Source: a virus
DNA: 32,000 bases
IMG/VR virus record: IMGVR_UViG_3300032770_000004
Coordinates: 47,375 to 79,374 of that record
Direction: 5' to 3' (one strand)
The translations under genes and the position numbers were made by a program. This document shows, in pieces, positions 29,092-32,000 of the stretch. The notes beneath the pieces are model-generated. The model saw nothing but the letters and a program-made list of their open reading frames with translations. It made no database searches and was not told the DNA's origin. Numbering within the stretch: position 1 is the stretch's first letter; the number at the start of each line of letters is the position of its first letter.

Positions 29092-29450
29092 CAGCTGCCA
29101 CGAGAGAACCAAGCAAACATGTCCGCCTCTGAACGCCAACGCCAAAGTAACTGTGGCAGAGCGAAAGGAGTGATTGGCAGAGCGAAAGGAGTGATATCTG
29201 GCTCGGATACTTCTAGGGCTCCAGTCTCAAGCAAGTGATCCAGGGCGACAGCGCAACGCTGACAGGAGTAACGGTCGGTCTGCCGCGCGACTCTTATTTT
29301 TGGATCAAAAGCGGGTTCGATGGTTTCGCGGACATCCCAGCCACACAGACATTTCCTGAAGATATCCTGCGTGAGCGCCCTATCGTAAAGCCTTGTCAGG
29401 TTTTGAAGGTTTTGAGGCCACAGCGGCCAGCAATGTTCTTGGTACACCAT
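29088..29450 (-). CDS. hypothetical Trp/Cys-containing protein with duplicated ITPFALP heptapeptide
   Basis: ORF track; first gene of the - strand block. Confidence 0.65.
   Translation of the reverse strand: MVYQEHCWPLWPQNLQNLTRLYDRALTQDIFRKCLCGWDVRETIEPAFDPKIRVARQTDRYSCQRCAVALDHLLETGALEVSEPDITPFALPITPFALPQLLWRWRSEADMFAWFSRGSC
29154..29195. repeat. perfect 2 x 21-bp tandem repeat (TGGCAGAGCGAAAGGAGTGAT)
   Basis: Units at 29154-29174 and 29175-29195 are identical and in frame. They encode ITPFALP twice on the - strand. Confidence 0.9.
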
Positions 29451-29456
29451 ATCCCC

Positions 29457-29485
29457 TTTATAGCACCGGCAAGTTTTAATGTCAA
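29457..29485 (-). promoter_or_regulatory. near-consensus sigma70 promoter, predicted leaderless
   Basis: On the - strand: TTGACA, 17 nt, TATAAA, 6 nt (GGGGAT), ATG 29450. Confidence 0.6.
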
Positions 29486-29498
29486 CACCGTTCTGCGT

Positions 29499-29505
29499 GT
29501 AATCT
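29499..29505 (+). promoter_or_regulatory. GTAATCT element 10 nt upstream of ATG 29516
   Basis: Lies in the divergent intergenic region 29451-29515, with no SD. Confidence 0.45.
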
Positions 29506-29515
29506 TACAAGTACC

Positions 29516-29779
29516 ATGACGAATTATCGTTTAACTCCGGAACAATACCAAGAAATTTGGGAAAAACAAGGGCGTTGTTGCGCGGTCTGTAAGGCAACCA
29601 AAAACTCTATTGAGGCCAGATCCTTTCCAGTAGATCATGATCACATGACGGGTATGGTTCGAGGGATTCTTTGTAATTCGTGTAATTTAGCCATAGGGCA
29701 TCTGAAGGAAGATCCGCGACTCCTAGAGTCTGCTTTGAGATACCTAAATGCGAGCCCCGCTTTGGAGAAAACAGAATGA
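29516..29779 (+). CDS. endonuclease VII-type HNH nuclease
   Basis: Motif: GRCCAVCKA...PVDHDHMTGMVRGILCNSCNLAIGHL...ALRYL. Paralogous in motif to 9631-10080. Confidence 0.85.
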   Translation: MTNYRLTPEQYQEIWEKQGRCCAVCKATKNSIEARSFPVDHDHMTGMVRGILCNSCNLAIGHLKEDPRLLESALRYLNASPALEKTE

Positions 29780-31476
29780 ATGCCATTTGGGTTTACATCT
29801 CGTGGTCGGCTGACCAGATCGACCGAATTCTTGAAGATGCAAAGAGAACTGACGAAATCGAGAACGTTCAGCGCATCATGCAGGCTATTGACAATGGCAA
29901 CGAATTGTGGAAGAGTTGGGCTCTTTCTCATGATGGAACTGTTGTATCCATGTCGGGGACAGAGGGCTGTATCAAGATTGGCGCCGACCATCTTGCGGAT
30001 CTCGTAGAACTGAGAGAACGTTACTCTAAGGCGACTAAGTCGACCGTCAGTGTGGGTGTAGCTCCAAAGCTCAGTGAATCTGAAATCGCACTCCAGCGTG
30101 CTCAGAGTGAAGGTGGAGACCGGATCCAGCTCTTCATGGAAGAGGATAGTCGAGACGATGAAGGTAAGCTCTCCAAGGCCGACAAGCCTGCACTTAATTC
30201 CCCAGCCGCTGGTGGCGGAATGACTGGGCCTTCGATGGCTCCTGCCGCAGCGCCAGCTGCGCCTGTAGCTGAAGGAAGCGAGCATAGCGAGAATGAAGCT
30301 CTTCAGAATTTGATTGACACGACTCCACCACCTCCCGAAGCGTCTGGTCCAGACATGGATCAATTAAAGGACTTTTTGTCAAGCTCCGCAGATGCACAGG
30401 GGCAAAAGGACACAGCTGAAGCCGATGCTGCCCAGAGTGCTAATGACAAAGCAGAAGGACAAAAGGATATTAAGGCACAAATCCTTAAGATCCTCAAAGT
30501 CTGGAAGACTCGCGGCGTAGAGCTTGAGAAGCTATCCGAAAAAGACCCGGAGCTATACAAGTCCATGGTCGGCATGCTTCAGACCATGGTCGCCATGGCT
30601 AAAGAACTGTTCGGAGAGAATCCTGCTGAACCTGAAGCACAGGAGCCTGAATCCGGATCGGAAACTGTCTCTAAGTCTGAATTTCAAAAGGCTTTCCCTG
30701 GAGACTATCCTCCTAGTGATCGAATTGCTATCGATGCGATGGGAGAAGCCGGGGGTATGCTTAAGCAGCACAAGGGTGTCGGGAATGTACTTAAGCAGAA
30801 GGCTGCCGCTGCTAAAAGGCAAGCTTTGGCTGGAATCCCAGATCCCGGTAACTTAGGAACTCCAAATGGTCGATGCAAAATGTGCGGAACGGCCTACGAG
30901 ATGGGGCCGCACGATACGCTGTGCCAGGATTGCGACACCAATGTAGGGCCAACCGCTGCTGGTGGCGCGGGCTCGAAGGCCAAGCAATACGCTCTAAACT
31001 ACAGAATTCATGATGTTGCCAATCGCAATTCGGCTGAACGACAAAACAATCAAATCCCACTAACGGACATTGGAGGCCGAGCCTACGATGTCAATTCCAT
31101 TGATTACCCAGAACTAGGTAGAGCGGCCGAATACGGTATGACTACTGCTGAAAAGCAATCGATGCCAGTAGAGCATGGCTACGAGCGTCCCAACGCTTAT
31201 GGCCCTACTTCCTTAGCGGCAATGCGCGATCGAGCTAGGAAGCAGGGGCTTCTTGGCAAGGCCGCTCTCGAAGCCGGTAAGACCGGCCGCCACAACGTCG
31301 TTCTACCTCCTGGTTCTCAGAAGGACGCAGCAGCCAATGGCTCGCGTGACAGTGGACAAATCAAGATATTGGATCCAGCCACAGGCAGGACCAAATGGCG
31401 CTCCGTTCGCGCAGGTCTTGTAATGGCTCCTGATGGCACTCCCGTTTCTTCTCGCAATCCTTCTGGTGGAAAGTGA
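29776..31476 (+). CDS. 566-aa protein: structured N-terminal domain, long acidic Ala/Pro/Glu-rich linker, C-terminal Cys4 motif (scaffold or internal-protein-like)
   Basis: ATGA overlap; GGAG upstream. Motif: CKMCG...CQDCD. The low-complexity centre is AAAPAAPVAEGSEHSENE... Confidence 0.75.
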   Translation: MNAIWVYISWSADQIDRILEDAKRTDEIENVQRIMQAIDNGNELWKSWALSHDGTVVSMSGTEGCIKIGADHLADLVELRERYSKATKSTVSVGVAPKLSESEIALQRAQSEGGDRIQLFMEEDSRDDEGKLSKADKPALNSPAAGGGMTGPSMAPAAAPAAPVAEGSEHSENEALQNLIDTTPPPPEASGPDMDQLKDFLSSSADAQGQKDTAEADAAQSANDKAEGQKDIKAQILKILKVWKTRGVELEKLSEKDPELYKSMVGMLQTMVAMAKELFGENPAEPEAQEPESGSETVSKSEFQKAFPGDYPPSDRIAIDAMGEAGGMLKQHKGVGNVLKQKAAAAKRQALAGIPDPGNLGTPNGRCKMCGTAYEMGPHDTLCQDCDTNVGPTAAGGAGSKAKQYALNYRIHDVANRNSAERQNNQIPLTDIGGRAYDVNSIDYPELGRAAEYGMTTAEKQSMPVEHGYERPNAYGPTSLAAMRDRARKQGLLGKAALEAGKTGRHNVVLPPGSQKDAAANGSRDSGQIKILDPATGRTKWRSVRAGLVMAPDGTPVSSRNPSGGK

Positions 31477-32000
31477 TTTTTCTGAACGTCGATTTGGCTA
31501 AAATCTTGGATCTTAACGAAGAGTTGAAGCCCAAGATTGAACGTGCTCTTCAAGAGGCTGGCAGGGCTCTAGCCAAACAGGCGGACGCTCATATCAAAGA
31601 GAATGTGCAGAAGTCATTACACAGTACGCGCGAAAAGTACATCAAGGCGATGAAGTTTGAGGATGTTGGCAATAACACGTGGATCATTTCGCTCGACGAG
31701 AGTGTCATGTGGCTTGAAGAAGGCATGCAAGAGCACGAAATGATTGATGACCTTTTGGCATCATCTAAGGCCAAGACCGCCAAGGATGGCTCTCGTTACC
31801 TCGCCGTGCCCTTTGAACATAAAAAGGGACCTACCCAACAGACGCAAGCAGCGACCGATTTGACAACAACTCTCCGTGCCGAGCTTCAGAAGCGCAACAT
31901 TCCGTATGCTGGCATTGAGACAGACAAAGACGGAAAGCCCAAGTTGGGGAAGCTACATTCCTTTGACATTCTCAAGCAGCCAATCAAGACTCAGGAAGGC
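31473..32000 (+). CDS. hypothetical protein, 3' partial (runs off the right edge)
   Basis: Absent from the ORF track because no stop falls in the window. GTGA overlap start at 31473. The frame is open for 176 codons to the window end: ...WIISLDESVMWLEEGMQEHEMIDDLL... Confidence 0.6.
   Translation, partial: MIFLNVDLAKILDLNEELKPKIERALQEAGRALAKQADAHIKENVQKSLHSTREKYIKAMKFEDVGNNTWIISLDESVMWLEEGMQEHEMIDDLLASSKAKTAKDGSRYLAVPFEHKKGPTQQTQAATDLTTTLRAELQKRNIPYAGIETDKDGKPKLGKLHSFDILKQPIKTQEG

Noticed and set aside
1-32000. Apparent abundance of TTGACA hexamers on the + strand (about 17 by eye), considered as cryptic promoters.
   Set aside because: Most are inside genes without a properly spaced -10 or downstream start, so they probably reflect codon and dipeptide usage. 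Only those with full geometry are reported.
1-32000. CRISPR arrays, integrase or att sites, transposase or IS ends, and rRNA.
   Set aside because: I saw no spaced direct-repeat arrays, no recombinase-like ORFs, no terminal inverted repeats and no rRNA-like sequence. The only repeats are the ones reported above.

Overview
The window reads as a compact segment of a tailed dsDNA phage or prophage genome of intermediate GC. It has about 75 short, tightly packed genes, many coupled by ATGA, TAATG or GTGA stop/start overlaps. There is no rRNA, CRISPR array or transposase. Layout: + strand 1-19168 holds a tRNA cluster interrupted by HNH endonucleases, many small membrane and zinc-ribbon ORFs, nucleotide metabolism genes (NT5C-like nucleotidase, ThyX), presumed virion genes and two giant multidomain proteins. 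A 0.9-kb antisense island follows at 19169-20084. The + strand resumes at 20139-23335 with late-looking genes that end at a bidirectional terminator. A - strand block at 23401-29450 looks like early genes and includes an HNH-RNA ligase fusion, a dNMP-kinase-like protein and Cys-rich proteins. The + strand runs again from 29516 to the right edge. I fold six tRNAs by hand: CAU, Gly-GCC, Gly-UCC, Trp-CCA, Asn-GUU, and an odd long-variable-arm tRNA that also carries GUU. Seven HNH/His-Me-finger nuclease domains are present. Main second-look items: (1) recurrent promoter geometry that places the predicted transcription start on the ATG or on the tRNA 5' end, in two forms: TTGACA-N17-hexamer-N6/7-start, and a -10-only (G)TAATCT element before late-looking genes. 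(2) A 927-aa NUDIX-GNAT-ParB-SLT-GNAT polyvalent protein with an internal duplication, followed by a 708-aa protein with LRV repeats and a PI3/PI4-kinase-like domain. (3) The type-II-shaped tRNA with an Asn anticodon. (4) Two repeat-tRNA-HNH cassettes whose repeat shows a compensatory stem change. (5) An HNH-RNA ligase fusion and a minimal PTH2-like gene, which together with the tRNAs suggest a tRNA/translation-maintenance theme. All domain calls come from motif reading by eye, not from searches.
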